Shown here: in pieces, positions 13,122 to 23,309 of the stretch
Layout of the letters: every line of letters begins with the position of its first letter
Numbering within the stretch: position 1 is the first letter of the stretch
Source of the DNA: Naegleria gruberi
Lineage: Eukaryota
Direction: 5' to 3' (one strand)
Length of the DNA: 64,000 nucleotides
Assembly (NCBI GenBank): GCA_000004985.1
Contig: GG738880.1
Notes under the pieces: generated by a model
What the model saw: the letters and a program-made list of their open reading frames with translations, nothing else
What the model was told of the DNA's origin: nothing
Databases searched by the model: none
Translations under genes and position numbers: made by a program

Positions 13122-13558
13122 TTTTTTGTACTGGATATTATTTGGTTATTTGGTTATTTGCTCTTCTGTATCTCTCCTTTAAATTTGGAATTTTATAAAT
13201 TGCCTACAACAATAACAAACTCTCTCTCTATGAAAGAGGAACTCGAAGAAGTAATTTTATTATTGTGTTCTTTGGAGCTTTGGAGATTTTGATTTTAAAT
13301 TGCTTACGTGGAGGCGAGTTGGGAGAATTTTTAGGAGTTGAATGTTCAAATTGTTCATGAATTTTCCATTGTTTGTGTGACGTAGAAGGTTGTTGGAACT
13401 TATTGACACTATTAATAAGTTTGGTTAATTGTTATTGAGATACACAATGAATCACCTCAATAAATTAGATTAGAGCTTTAATTGTTCCTTGGTGAAGATT
13501 AAAGGATCAAAAATTCTTGGATGTTAGAAAATACAATAAATTTAAATTTACTAGCATT

Positions 13559-16500
13559 TTACAAGAATTCATCAGCAGAAAGTGGTTGGGAAGTTGACTG
13601 TTGATTATTGGAATGAGAATTGGATTCTGAAGTTTTAAGTTGATCATTTTGAAGGAGGGAGAATGAGGTACTATCTGATGCAAGTTCAGAAGAAACATCA
13701 TCATCCTGAGCATCAAAGAGATCTTCTTCCAATTCGTCACTTCTCAATACTTCATCCCTAGTCCAAACCTTATCTTCCTTGAGGAAGTGTCCTATAAATT
13801 GTGCCTTAGCCTTTTGCTCCTCGTAGTATTTTAATGATTCGTCGTGGGTATGGTGAGCTTTTTCTTGAAGTGGAGATCTGAGAAGAACACGAGAGAAAAT
13901 TATGGCAACTTCCTCCAATGTTAAACTATTGAATTTCTTATACTTTAAAACCTCTCTCAAGAATGACATTAAATAATGGAAAGTGTTAAAATGTACATCA
14001 GGTAACATGGAAATAAGATGGTGGCAAGTTGCAGAATTTGTGCTAGCATTCAAGCACATTTGATAAAACTTGAATGGGACAACAGGCTCTCTCAAAGATT
14101 CCAAAAATGTCATTAAAGATTCTGCAATGGAATGATTTGAAACTGGATTAAGGAGTGGTGATCCTTCATCGAGACATTGTCTTATATAGTGAACTTCTCT
14201 AGCAGCACCCGAATATTTAAATAATCCTTCCTCTTTCATGCCATTGTGATAGATTAAATCGATAAGTCTCCACAGTTCCTTAGGTATCTTCAAGTCCTTA
14301 TCGAATGATGACAACTCTACATCGCTCTCACTTTTTAGTACTGGGCACTTTTGTTTGACCAATTTATCCAGAGTAGATCCAAAACATGATTGAATATATG
14401 TACCTGTAATGGAAATAAAGTGATCTCTACCATTCTTCAAGTGAAGGATAAGAATATCGTCAATCTTGTCCTCACCACTCAATAATTTTAGTGCTTTTTG
14501 GGTGCTTACTGAAATTGTAACCTTGATTTCTTCAGTTTCACCTGGAATAACATATCCTTCCAAAGGTTCAATTGTCATGTATGGTTTACATGGAGCTTTT
14601 TCATGTGGCTGAGGCACAAATTGGTATTCGCAAACAACTTGGCCTGTGTTCTTGAGAAGGATGGTTTGGGTGATTGGTTCCTCATATTTTACAGCTTCGA
14701 AATCAATGCATTGGCCAGTGATGGCAACTTCTGGTAACAAATCATTTTCAAGTTTGTCCAACATTTTGATGATATCCAAGTAGCATTTCTTGTACTTTTC
14801 CTCAACAATCTTCTTTACACCAACTTCAAAGCAGGCAGTCACTGGCTTGTGGTCTGACATTTTATATTCCTTGAATGATTTGTAAGATTTGTGTACGATG
14901 GTACTCTTCTCATCCTCTCTCCACAAGATACGATCCGTATAAGATGGTACACGTCCCTTTTCACTGGTATCATACACATCAGTACCACTGTCGAACTTGT
15001 AGGTTGGGTCAAAATTAATTTCACCTTCAGCAAACCCAACAAATGCATTCTTGGCGTTTTTCTCAATCATTAATTGGTCATATTTGAGAAGGAATTTGTA
15101 ATCTTGTTGTTTGATTTTTTCTCTGACAATCAAATTTGGTTGATTGATTCTATAGTTCAAGTCTCCATACCAAAAGAAGAAGTCGTGTTGGTCAGGTCTA
15201 TAAAGTGATGGATTTCCAAAATCTGTCTTTTTAACAATATCGTGGAAGTTTTGATTTCTTCTCTCGACAGCTCCCATGTGAGGAGCCAAGTGAGCTGTAA
15301 TAAAACAGAATGTAGAATCAAAAAGTTTGAATCTGACACCAACACCACCCTTGTTACCCATCATGCCCATGATACCAACACCTTCAGCACAATTTCTTAC
15401 TTCATTAATATCATTAGCAAAGGATTCCTTAATGAAAATGGCATGATAAATACCGACAAGTTGTCTGGCAGATACGAGTTTGTATCTGTTTTGTTTGGCC
15501 TCATCAGCAAATGTCTTGATAAGAAGGTTTTGCCATTCTTGACCAGTTTCAGTTTCTTCTTTCAAAAGTGATGCTGCAGTCATGTCTATTTCTTGCATAC
15601 CAATAGCATAGATATCAGCCTCAAATTCATCGAGATGAAGCCATTTGGCCAAACTAGAGTCAGCAGATGGGAACTTGTTATTCACATTCCATGCACAAAC
15701 AACAATAGAAATTGGTGTCACTTCAGTGAACTCGTCTTCCTTAAGCTTGAGTTGTCTTTGAATCCAATTGTCCTTTCTTGAAACTTCTTGTGAGAGAGTA
15801 TCTGTTGCTGTATTAATGGTTGCTTTTTGAGCAATATCATTCGATTGATTTGGTCCATTTTGCGAGAGGGAGGTTTGACGATTTGTTTTTTTGAACATAT
15901 CAATGGAGATGTCTTGACATTCATCGTTTTTGACTTTTTGTGCCTTGTCTTTTTGCATTCTTTGAATGTAATGATTACACCATTCTGATTCAGTGGAAGG
16001 TGATGGTATTATTTCAAAATTTGTTTCTGCATCAACCAAAAATTCTGTTAATGACATTTCATTAGTTGACCTAAGAATTGATGAGCGATTTGATGGAGTA
16101 TTGCTGACAGGAGTTTTGACCACTGGTTGCTCCACAATAATTTCATTAGGTTCAGGTGTAGCATCATTAACAAGTTTACAAGCTTTTAAAAGTGAAGAAA
16201 CAATTAACCATTGTGAACTTGCTGATTCGCTTTGAAAATTATAAACAATAGCTTGTCTTTTAAAGAATAGATCAAAGTGTGTTTCATCCACAATTTTAAC
16301 TCCAAAATCTTGTCTCTTGATTGGTTGAAAATCTCTTATTCGGAAGCTATTTGTTTCAACTGAATATTCCAAAATCATAATAGCAAGATTTGTTGGTTTA
16401 TCAGAGTTACCAACAAGTGCTAACAACACTGATTCCAATTCCTTCTTTGCAAAAACAGCTGTACTCTTTGAAAGTGGTACATTCTTCTCCGATGTATTAT

Positions 16501-16681
16501 TTGTTTTTGATTTGTTATTTGATGATGTATTCTTATCTGATCCTGTTGCTGATGATCCAGCACCTCCACCAAGTGCCGTGCTCATCTGATTGTGCTTTAA
16601 CACTACAGAGACGATAAATTTGCACTGCTCTGTTGATCGGAGAACTTCCTTGCAAAATTCTGTCCTCAGAGGTTGTTGCAT
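13559..16681 (-). CDS. Inositol polyphosphate 5-phosphatase with a C-terminal ASH and RhoGAP domain (OCRL/INPP5B-like)
   Basis: A single 1040-codon ORF. The 5-phosphatase catalytic motifs are present (FFFWYGDLNYRIN, RVPSYTDRILWRED, KPVTACF). They are followed by a RhoGAP-like region (EEGLFKYSGAAREVHYIRQCLDEG...LMSFLREV). Confidence 0.8.
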   Translation of the reverse strand: MQQPLRTEFCKEVLRSTEQCKFIVSVVLKHNQMSTALGGGAGSSATGSDKNTSSNNKSKTNNTSEKNVPLSKSTAVFAKKELESVLLALVGNSDKPTNLAIMILEYSVETNSFRIRDFQPIKRQDFGVKIVDETHFDLFFKRQAIVYNFQSESASSQWLIVSSLLKACKLVNDATPEPNEIIVEQPVVKTPVSNTPSNRSSILRSTNEMSLTEFLVDAETNFEIIPSPSTESEWCNHYIQRMQKDKAQKVKNDECQDISIDMFKKTNRQTSLSQNGPNQSNDIAQKATINTATDTLSQEVSRKDNWIQRQLKLKEDEFTEVTPISIVVCAWNVNNKFPSADSSLAKWLHLDEFEADIYAIGMQEIDMTAASLLKEETETGQEWQNLLIKTFADEAKQNRYKLVSARQLVGIYHAIFIKESFANDINEVRNCAEGVGIMGMMGNKGGVGVRFKLFDSTFCFITAHLAPHMGAVERRNQNFHDIVKKTDFGNPSLYRPDQHDFFFWYGDLNYRINQPNLIVREKIKQQDYKFLLKYDQLMIEKNAKNAFVGFAEGEINFDPTYKFDSGTDVYDTSEKGRVPSYTDRILWREDEKSTIVHKSYKSFKEYKMSDHKPVTACFEVGVKKIVEEKYKKCYLDIIKMLDKLENDLLPEVAITGQCIDFEAVKYEEPITQTILLKNTGQVVCEYQFVPQPHEKAPCKPYMTIEPLEGYVIPGETEEIKVTISVSTQKALKLLSGEDKIDDILILHLKNGRDHFISITGTYIQSCFGSTLDKLVKQKCPVLKSESDVELSSFDKDLKIPKELWRLIDLIYHNGMKEEGLFKYSGAAREVHYIRQCLDEGSPLLNPVSNHSIAESLMTFLESLREPVVPFKFYQMCLNASTNSATCHHLISMLPDVHFNTFHYLMSFLREVLKYKKFNSLTLEEVAIIFSRVLLRSPLQEKAHHTHDESLKYYEEQKAKAQFIGHFLKEDKVWTRDEVLRSDELEEDLFDAQDDDVSSELASDSTSFSLLQNDQLKTSESNSHSNNQQSTSQPLSADEFL

Positions 16682-17097
16682 TTTTGTTTGTTGTTGATGA
16701 TTGATTAATGGTGTTAGTTAATTGGGGATGAAGTATGTTGTTTGTTGTTTGGGGAGAGTCAACCTCTTTGATAGGAAAGGACACCAAATGAAGATCTCTT
16801 CTTGTTGTTTATCTTGTTGTTTATTTCGAGATGTTGTTTTTGTTGTGGTTTGTGAAGAAAAGTTTAACGGAAAGACAAAATAAAATATTTTATTAATTTT
16901 TAAAGCCGATGGAAGTCAATGAGTGATGAAGTAGTACCTTGCTTCACCTCTCTCTATTATTACTAAGTACAATCTCATCATCATTGATAACTCGGTTACA
17001 GTATCTACAATGTTTCAAAGAATAACATAAAATAAAATTTAAACTTTTAAAAATTGAATTTTGTAAGCGTTTTAAAAAAATTTTATCGATTCAAAAA

Positions 17098-18096
17098 ATG
17101 TTGCGAAAGGCTCTCTCATCTTCTTCTGTGCATCAACAACACAATTCTCTGTGGCTGTCGCTCGCCATTAAAAACAAGGGCGTTTTTTCATCATCAACAT
17201 GCTACCATACATCAGCACAAAATAGTGAAGCTTTGGCTAAACATCATATTAATACTCACGTCATTAAACCAAACAAGTATAAATTCCCACTCATCAATCC
17301 AGAACAAATTAACAAATTAGCCTTGGAAAAAGCTCTCTCTAAAAATGTTGCTTCCGGTACTAGAGTTGTTATGGATGCATCCAAAGCAGCCGTCCCTAAA
17401 TTTGAAATACAACCAGAAGCTATGGTAAAGAATTTGAAAACTGGAGAATTTACCGAAATGATTAATCTTCATCCATACTTTTTCAATTGTACACCAAGAA
17501 AGGACATTTTATATTTAATGGTTAAATGGCAATTAGCTAAGAGAAGACAAGGTACACACAAAACTAAATATCGTCTTGAAACTGCTTATTGCAAGCAGAA
17601 GCAAACACCACAAAAGGGTAGAGGTGCTGCCAGACACTCTGATAGAGGTGCTCCACAATATAGAGGAGGTGGTCACGCTATGGCTCTTCGTCCACGCTCT
17701 TATGAGTACAATCTCAACAAGAAAATCAGAAGACTTGCTCTCCGTATGGCTTTAACAACAAAATACCAACAAGGAAAATTGATTATCGTTGATGATTTCT
17801 CAATTGATACTTTCAAGACCAAATATGTTGCTGGTCTTATTTCCAACACTGTTTTCCCAGATAGTGAAACTCATGAAAAGGAAATTAAGGATAGAGGTGT
17901 CTTGTTAATTGATGGTGAACAAGTTAATGCAAACTTTGAAAGAGGTGTATTCAACTTGCATTATGCTGATTACCTCAGTATTGATGGATTGAATGTTTAT
18001 GACATGCTCAGAAGAGAAAAGGTTGTCATTTCAAAGAGTGGTTTGGAAACTCTTACCAAGAAGTATGCCAAGTATATCAAACTTGAATTTTATTAA
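17098..18096 (+). CDS. Mitochondrial ribosomal protein L4 (uL4 family)
   Basis: A 332-codon ORF with the uL4 core (RGGGHAMALRPRSYEYNLNKKIRRLALRMALTTK). The N-terminus is a Ser/basic presequence (MLRKALSSSSVHQQHNSLWLSLAIKNKG), typical of mitochondrial import. Confidence 0.7.
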   Translation: MLRKALSSSSVHQQHNSLWLSLAIKNKGVFSSSTCYHTSAQNSEALAKHHINTHVIKPNKYKFPLINPEQINKLALEKALSKNVASGTRVVMDASKAAVPKFEIQPEAMVKNLKTGEFTEMINLHPYFFNCTPRKDILYLMVKWQLAKRRQGTHKTKYRLETAYCKQKQTPQKGRGAARHSDRGAPQYRGGGHAMALRPRSYEYNLNKKIRRLALRMALTTKYQQGKLIIVDDFSIDTFKTKYVAGLISNTVFPDSETHEKEIKDRGVLLIDGEQVNANFERGVFNLHYADYLSIDGLNVYDMLRREKVVISKSGLETLTKKYAKYIKLEFY

Positions 18097-19628
18097 ATTG
18101 GAATTTTTATTTTGAAAATGTTAAAATAATTAAATTAATTTTAAATTAATTCAATTTTATTTTTCTTTAAGGAATTGAGTTTGAATGACAATGGAACACG
18201 AAACCATGTAGATGCACTATTTCACAATTTACAATAAATTGTAGTTAACTACAGTATAGTTCTGTAAGTAACAACTGAGTGTTGACAAATTCTCTCAAAT
18301 AAACAAAAATTAAACAGATTAGTTTTTTATGTCTCTCCTTTCTCAATTAAATAAAAGGTGATATCGTTGCTAATTTGAAAATCATGGTCTGCATCCACAC
18401 ATTCACAAATACAACCGGGATTTAGCTACCCCAATGACAATAATTTCCAAATTTGCTCCCACAACCAAATCCACCCAATTAATACATCTCAATACCCAGA
18501 ATTTTCCACTTTTCCTCATTTCTCTCATTTCTCTCCAATGAGTTGAACCACTCGAGAACTGTAAATTTTTCACAAACCTCTGAAAAACTGTAAATAGCTT
18601 TTATACAAGGAACAACACTAAAATATAAGAAACTAAAAGAGACAATCGATACCATCTCACAGCAACTCTCAATGGAATGGATTGTTCCAAAAAGGCAAAC
18701 TGACTGTTCGTTTATTTGATTGACAAGACTCTTCGACGAGACCACAAATATCACGATTTCATTTACAAACAGTAGGCGGACTTTAATTATCAACTGGTTT
18801 AGGAAGAATGTATTTGTTTATCGTATGGTGATACTGTGAGTGACAATGCAAAAGTGATTGCAATAATCAGAAAGGATTTGCTAACATATTCGAAAGTTGG
18901 TGATTCGCTATGGATGCAGAACATGGTGGTAATTAGATAGGATTCGCATTAGACTGAATAGCTAACTGGTTAATAAAAATATGAGTTTGCATTCTCCATT
19001 TATTTTCATGCTTGGACGAATCCTCTAAGTACTATAATCGATTCTTATTTGTATTCCTTTTCTTCTCTACAGTTTTCATAAGCTTCTTTATGTACTGTTT
19101 GAAGAATATCTACTGTTGTTGTTATAATTGATAATCGTCATTGACCCAACCAAATACGAATCATTTCGAATACCTTGACCCAACTTCCAATCCTACAACC
19201 GACAAAAGAGTTTAAGAAATTAACAACTCAAAACCTAAATGACATTGAAATTTTCGAATAGATTAGGCAGCCATAGACAAACGTTCCCCAATAAGAAGTG
19301 AACTCACATTAAGGAAGCCAAACACTCACAAACTAAAGTCAACACCTTCATCACAATTAAAAACAATCTTTCGTTTAAAAAGTAACCTGGCAACCGAAAA
19401 GCTACCCGCCAAATAGTTTTAAAATGGAAGCACTATTCTCTACTTGTCACTTTTCTGGACGCTTCGTTTTTTGACGGACACAAATCCATGCTGGGTTGAT
19501 TTTTGGTTTGTTTGGAATGTGCTTGGTGACTCTTCATTGTGGCGTTGTTAAATTTCTTACCAAACCTCCTCAATTGCGCTTCTGAACATTAAAAAAACAA
19601 ATAACAGTTTCGAATAGATTTAAACCGA

Positions 19629-20702
19629 ATGATGATGATGATGGTTGAAAATTCAATGAATGTCCATTCTCATGCCACCTGCACCACAACTTCAACAGAA
19701 GAAGATGATGGTCAACAAGAAATATCTACCTGTGGAGTTTCTTCCATGTCCTCTCCACATGTTTCGAATAATTCTTCCTCCTCATATTCTTCCTCTACTA
19801 ATAGTGAGGAAGAGGACCAAACCAACACTAGATCTACATGTAGAAGAATAACTAAACAACACAAATCATCTAACCAATCTCCAAGTAAGAAGAAGAAAAG
19901 ATCCTTGATTGGTGAAATTGTTATGAACCAAAGTCAACCAATGGTTGGTCAATTAATTTCTCAACATCAACAACAAGCAATTGTTTTTGAAAACTTTGAA
20001 GGCAGAAAGTCTTCAGCAGCTACTACTAATGGTATCAGTCATATTCCTGGTACATTTTCCTTTTCACACAAGGTTGAGAATAGTCAACTTTCGAATAATG
20101 AGCAACCAGCAGCAAAATCAAACATGTGTGAGGTAATTCTTTCGAATTGGAAGAGTCGTTCAGATACAAGACAGTGGATTAAGAAATGTATTGGTCCACA
20201 AGATAAGAAAAAGAAGGTTAAGAAGGATCATCAATGGTTTCAATCTTCGAATAGTCAACTTTCGAATAGTCCACCATTTTGCCAACCAAGTCCAACAGTT
20301 GTTTTCAACAATCAATCTTCACCAATTATAACTTCCAAGTTTGATAGAAAGCCATCATCAAACAGTATTTCTACCACTAACGTTTGGTCAGATTCGTATA
20401 TTCATACTACATGTTTAATTCCTGGTCAAAGAAAGGTAGCCAAGTCAACTACACCAGTGATGGCTTCACCACAACAATTACAATCGATTTCAACACAATC
20501 AGTGAGTTACCCAACCGTTTCTCATCAACACTACCAACAACAACAATATTCGAATCAATATGAAAATGTTTCCTCTTCGAATATTGGTAATAATCCATGG
20601 TTGAATGATATTACTTCAACATCCAATGTATTATCAGATGTTTCTGATAAACAATTCGCTTTGCCAAGCTTCAGAGAGTTTGTTTCCACTTTAGGCCTGT
20701 AA
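19629..20702 (+). CDS. Ser/Gln/Asn-rich low-complexity protein with basic patches; function unknown
   Basis: A 357-codon ORF that starts with (ATG)5 and has consistent codon usage. I see no recognisable domain. Upstream exons in the 18.1-19.6 kb non-coding island cannot be excluded. Confidence 0.4.
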   Translation: MMMMMVENSMNVHSHATCTTTSTEEDDGQQEISTCGVSSMSSPHVSNNSSSSYSSSTNSEEEDQTNTRSTCRRITKQHKSSNQSPSKKKKRSLIGEIVMNQSQPMVGQLISQHQQQAIVFENFEGRKSSAATTNGISHIPGTFSFSHKVENSQLSNNEQPAAKSNMCEVILSNWKSRSDTRQWIKKCIGPQDKKKKVKKDHQWFQSSNSQLSNSPPFCQPSPTVVFNNQSSPIITSKFDRKPSSNSISTTNVWSDSYIHTTCLIPGQRKVAKSTTPVMASPQQLQSISTQSVSYPTVSHQHYQQQQYSNQYENVSSSNIGNNPWLNDITSTSNVLSDVSDKQFALPSFREFVSTLGL

Positions 20703-21042
20703 ATAAACAACAATACAATTTTGATACAACAACAATAAATGAACTGATACAGTTGCCGTTTTATCACTGATTAGAGATTGATGTTTTACAATCATGTCTA
20801 TCCACATAGATTCGATTTGATGAAATCTTGTTTCTATTATCCCACATTATTTGATAAAGAGAAGTATTCGTAGATTCGACAATCTTGCTAGATTAGTTGG
20901 AAAACAATAAGGATTGATTTAGAATAAATCAGTGAGAGAAAATTATTTAATAATTACAATAAATTAAACAACAAGTTCAAAAGGATTAAACTTGCATATA
21001 TCATAAATCGATATCTATTTAAATATGGAAATTGTCCACCAA

Positions 21043-22380
21043 TTAAAGGGAGTAACCAAGATCATTCAAGAGATTAGCAATAGCAACCATTTGATCACCC
21101 TTCTTTGTAGCATATTTAGCATTTGAGTAACTGTGAAAAACAATGTTAGAATATTTGAAAAAAAACTTTGAAATACTTACCCGAACCAATCGAAACATCC
21201 TTGAGCATTCATTGGGTTAAAGTAAGAAACACCAACTTGTGGATAGACAACAATGATATTGTTGATTTCAGCATGCTTATTGTAACCAGCATTGGAAACA
21301 TAGGCAGTACCAATAACAGAAGCACCTTGATTACAACCGTGGAAAGCAACAGAAACCTTACATTCAGCACCTTGTTGACAAGCAGTTGGAATGTAAATAT
21401 AACCAGTATCAGAGAAACTGCTGGCACTGTATTTACCAGATTGCTTATAAGTGAACAAGTTAGAAGAGACAGCACTACCACCTTCCTTGAAATCTGGGTA
21501 AACTTGCTTGAAGAAAGCACCAGCACTATCAACATTACAATTGTTAATGTATGGAGATCCCAAATATGAACATGAGTTACCATAGTCATTGGTGACCATT
21601 GAGTGTTGAGCAGGAGTGTTAAAATCAGTCTTGATGTTGGCCTTATCAACACCAAAAGTTGAGGTATATTGTTCAGCAAGCTTGGCCATAACACCAGGAG
21701 CAACAACTGAGTCTTGAGTACCAGAGAAGAGGTAAATCTTGTGATTCTTAACATTGTCAATTGGGTCAATTGAACCATCCTTAGCATAGGCAGCAACTTG
21801 ACCACTGATTGAACTCAATGAAATTGAGCTTGGTGACTTCATACAACCCATCAAGGCATTCATCATTTGACCTTGAGCACACTATCATGGTTACCACACA
21901 TGGACAAAACAAGAGATTGTTGGATAACACAGATATTTTCAAAATAGAGAAATTTCCAACAAATAGTTTGTCAGTACAGGAATATTTTCCGAATTTTCCA
22001 AACAGAATCATCAGCAAGGATTAAAATTCGCGAAATATTTTAGCACATCATCACAACAGGATATTTGAAAATTTAATAATACCAATAGCAAAAAAACAAT
22101 CCACAGTAGAAGAATAGCAACAAGATGATGATTAGATTACTATCTAATTGATTGTTAAACTTACATAATATGGACCTCCGGCAACAATACCACTTCCCTT
22201 TACAGACTTACTGAAGGCAATTTGTGTTTGAACAGCCATAAAACCACCAGCACTAATACCCGACACAGTTAATGAACCTGGTTGAATAGTATACTTCTTG
22301 ACGGCATCAGCGTGAATATTAATAATGAGACTTGTAGTGAACAACAAGACAAGAATCAACCTCGTGGAAAGATTTGACAT
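21043..22380 (-). CDS. Secreted esterase of the PHB-depolymerase (esterase_PHB/LpqC-like) family, with a permuted (type-2) catalytic-domain order. Proposed exons: 22380..22165, 21881..21181, 21130..21043.
   Basis: Exon 1 has a signal peptide ([24 protein letters not shown]) and the lipase box [11 protein letters not shown]...[11 protein letters not shown]. An intron (GTAAGT at 22164 to the AG at 21882) joins it to [13 protein letters not shown]...[11 protein letters not shown]...[23 protein letters not shown] 50-nt intron then leads to a short final exon ([29 protein letters not shown]). The exon lengths 216, 701 and 88 nt are phase-consistent. Confidence 0.65.
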
Positions 22381-23309
22381 TTTTTAAACGTGTGCTTATT
22401 CGTTGAGCGATTTTTTTAAAAATGAAAAGCGAATCCGCGAATTGTTTCCCGCTCTAAGACAGCATGTTGATTTTTTGTCTTTTATTTCCCCAATCGAGAC
22501 CTGGTCATTACAATGAGCACTAAAACTCCTTTTTGCAGGAGTTTGTTTCTATGAACAAGATGATTCTTCATATTTGTTGTTGTATTGGATTAGAGTTGTG
22601 AACTAAATTTTACAATCTAATAGCACACATGTGTGTAGCTTAATATTTTTTATTGGGTATTGGCGATAAGAAATATCTCTTGTATTAATTTGATTATGTG
22701 AATTGTGTCAAGATCTGTATTCACATGCGAATCTGAACTTTACTTTTCTGGTAGGTTTTTAGTAATGTTAAACATGTAGTAATAAACTTGATTACAAGGT
22801 CAAATTTCTTACAAAAAAGCCAGATAATAGTGTGGTCACCCTTCTGTTACTTGATTTTCATCATGATGAGAAGAATATTTATTTGTATTGAAAGAAACAA
22901 ATCAGATTAAATTAGTCAAGATAGAGAAATGGATCATATCGATTCTGATTGATATTAATGGTGATTTTGATCGTTGTATCACCCGAATCGTTCCTTCTTG
23001 TAGTCCAACAGTTTTTAAATCCAAGGATTGAATATTCTTCATTGTGAAATGGAAAAGAATGTAGCTTTGATATCATTATTCATTCTCTAACAGACAACGT
23101 GTTGATTATATGCTGATTGTCTCAAGCGATTTTTCTCCAGTTTAGTCTTGTTTAGTTGAAAAAGCTTTCCAAACCAACCTTAATCTATCAAGAAGTATTA
23201 CAAAATCATCTTTGATCCGAATGAACTTTTGAACAAGGAACTCTAACTTTGAATAAATAAGGCGCGAAAATCACAATACTGTTCCAACACAAAAAACAAC
23301 TCAAAAAAA

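Noticed and set aside
18479-18793. A 104-codon minus-strand ORF inside the 1.5 kb non-coding island
   Set aside because: It has no start context, no similarity, and a hydrophobic, low-complexity translation, and its composition is not coding-like. The region is reported as a non-coding island instead.
21209-21805. A 198-codon ORF in an alternative frame on the minus strand overlapping the esterase exon
   Set aside because: It lies out of frame within a coding exon whose correct frame carries the esterase motifs. It is Leu-rich nonsense typical of an off-frame read.
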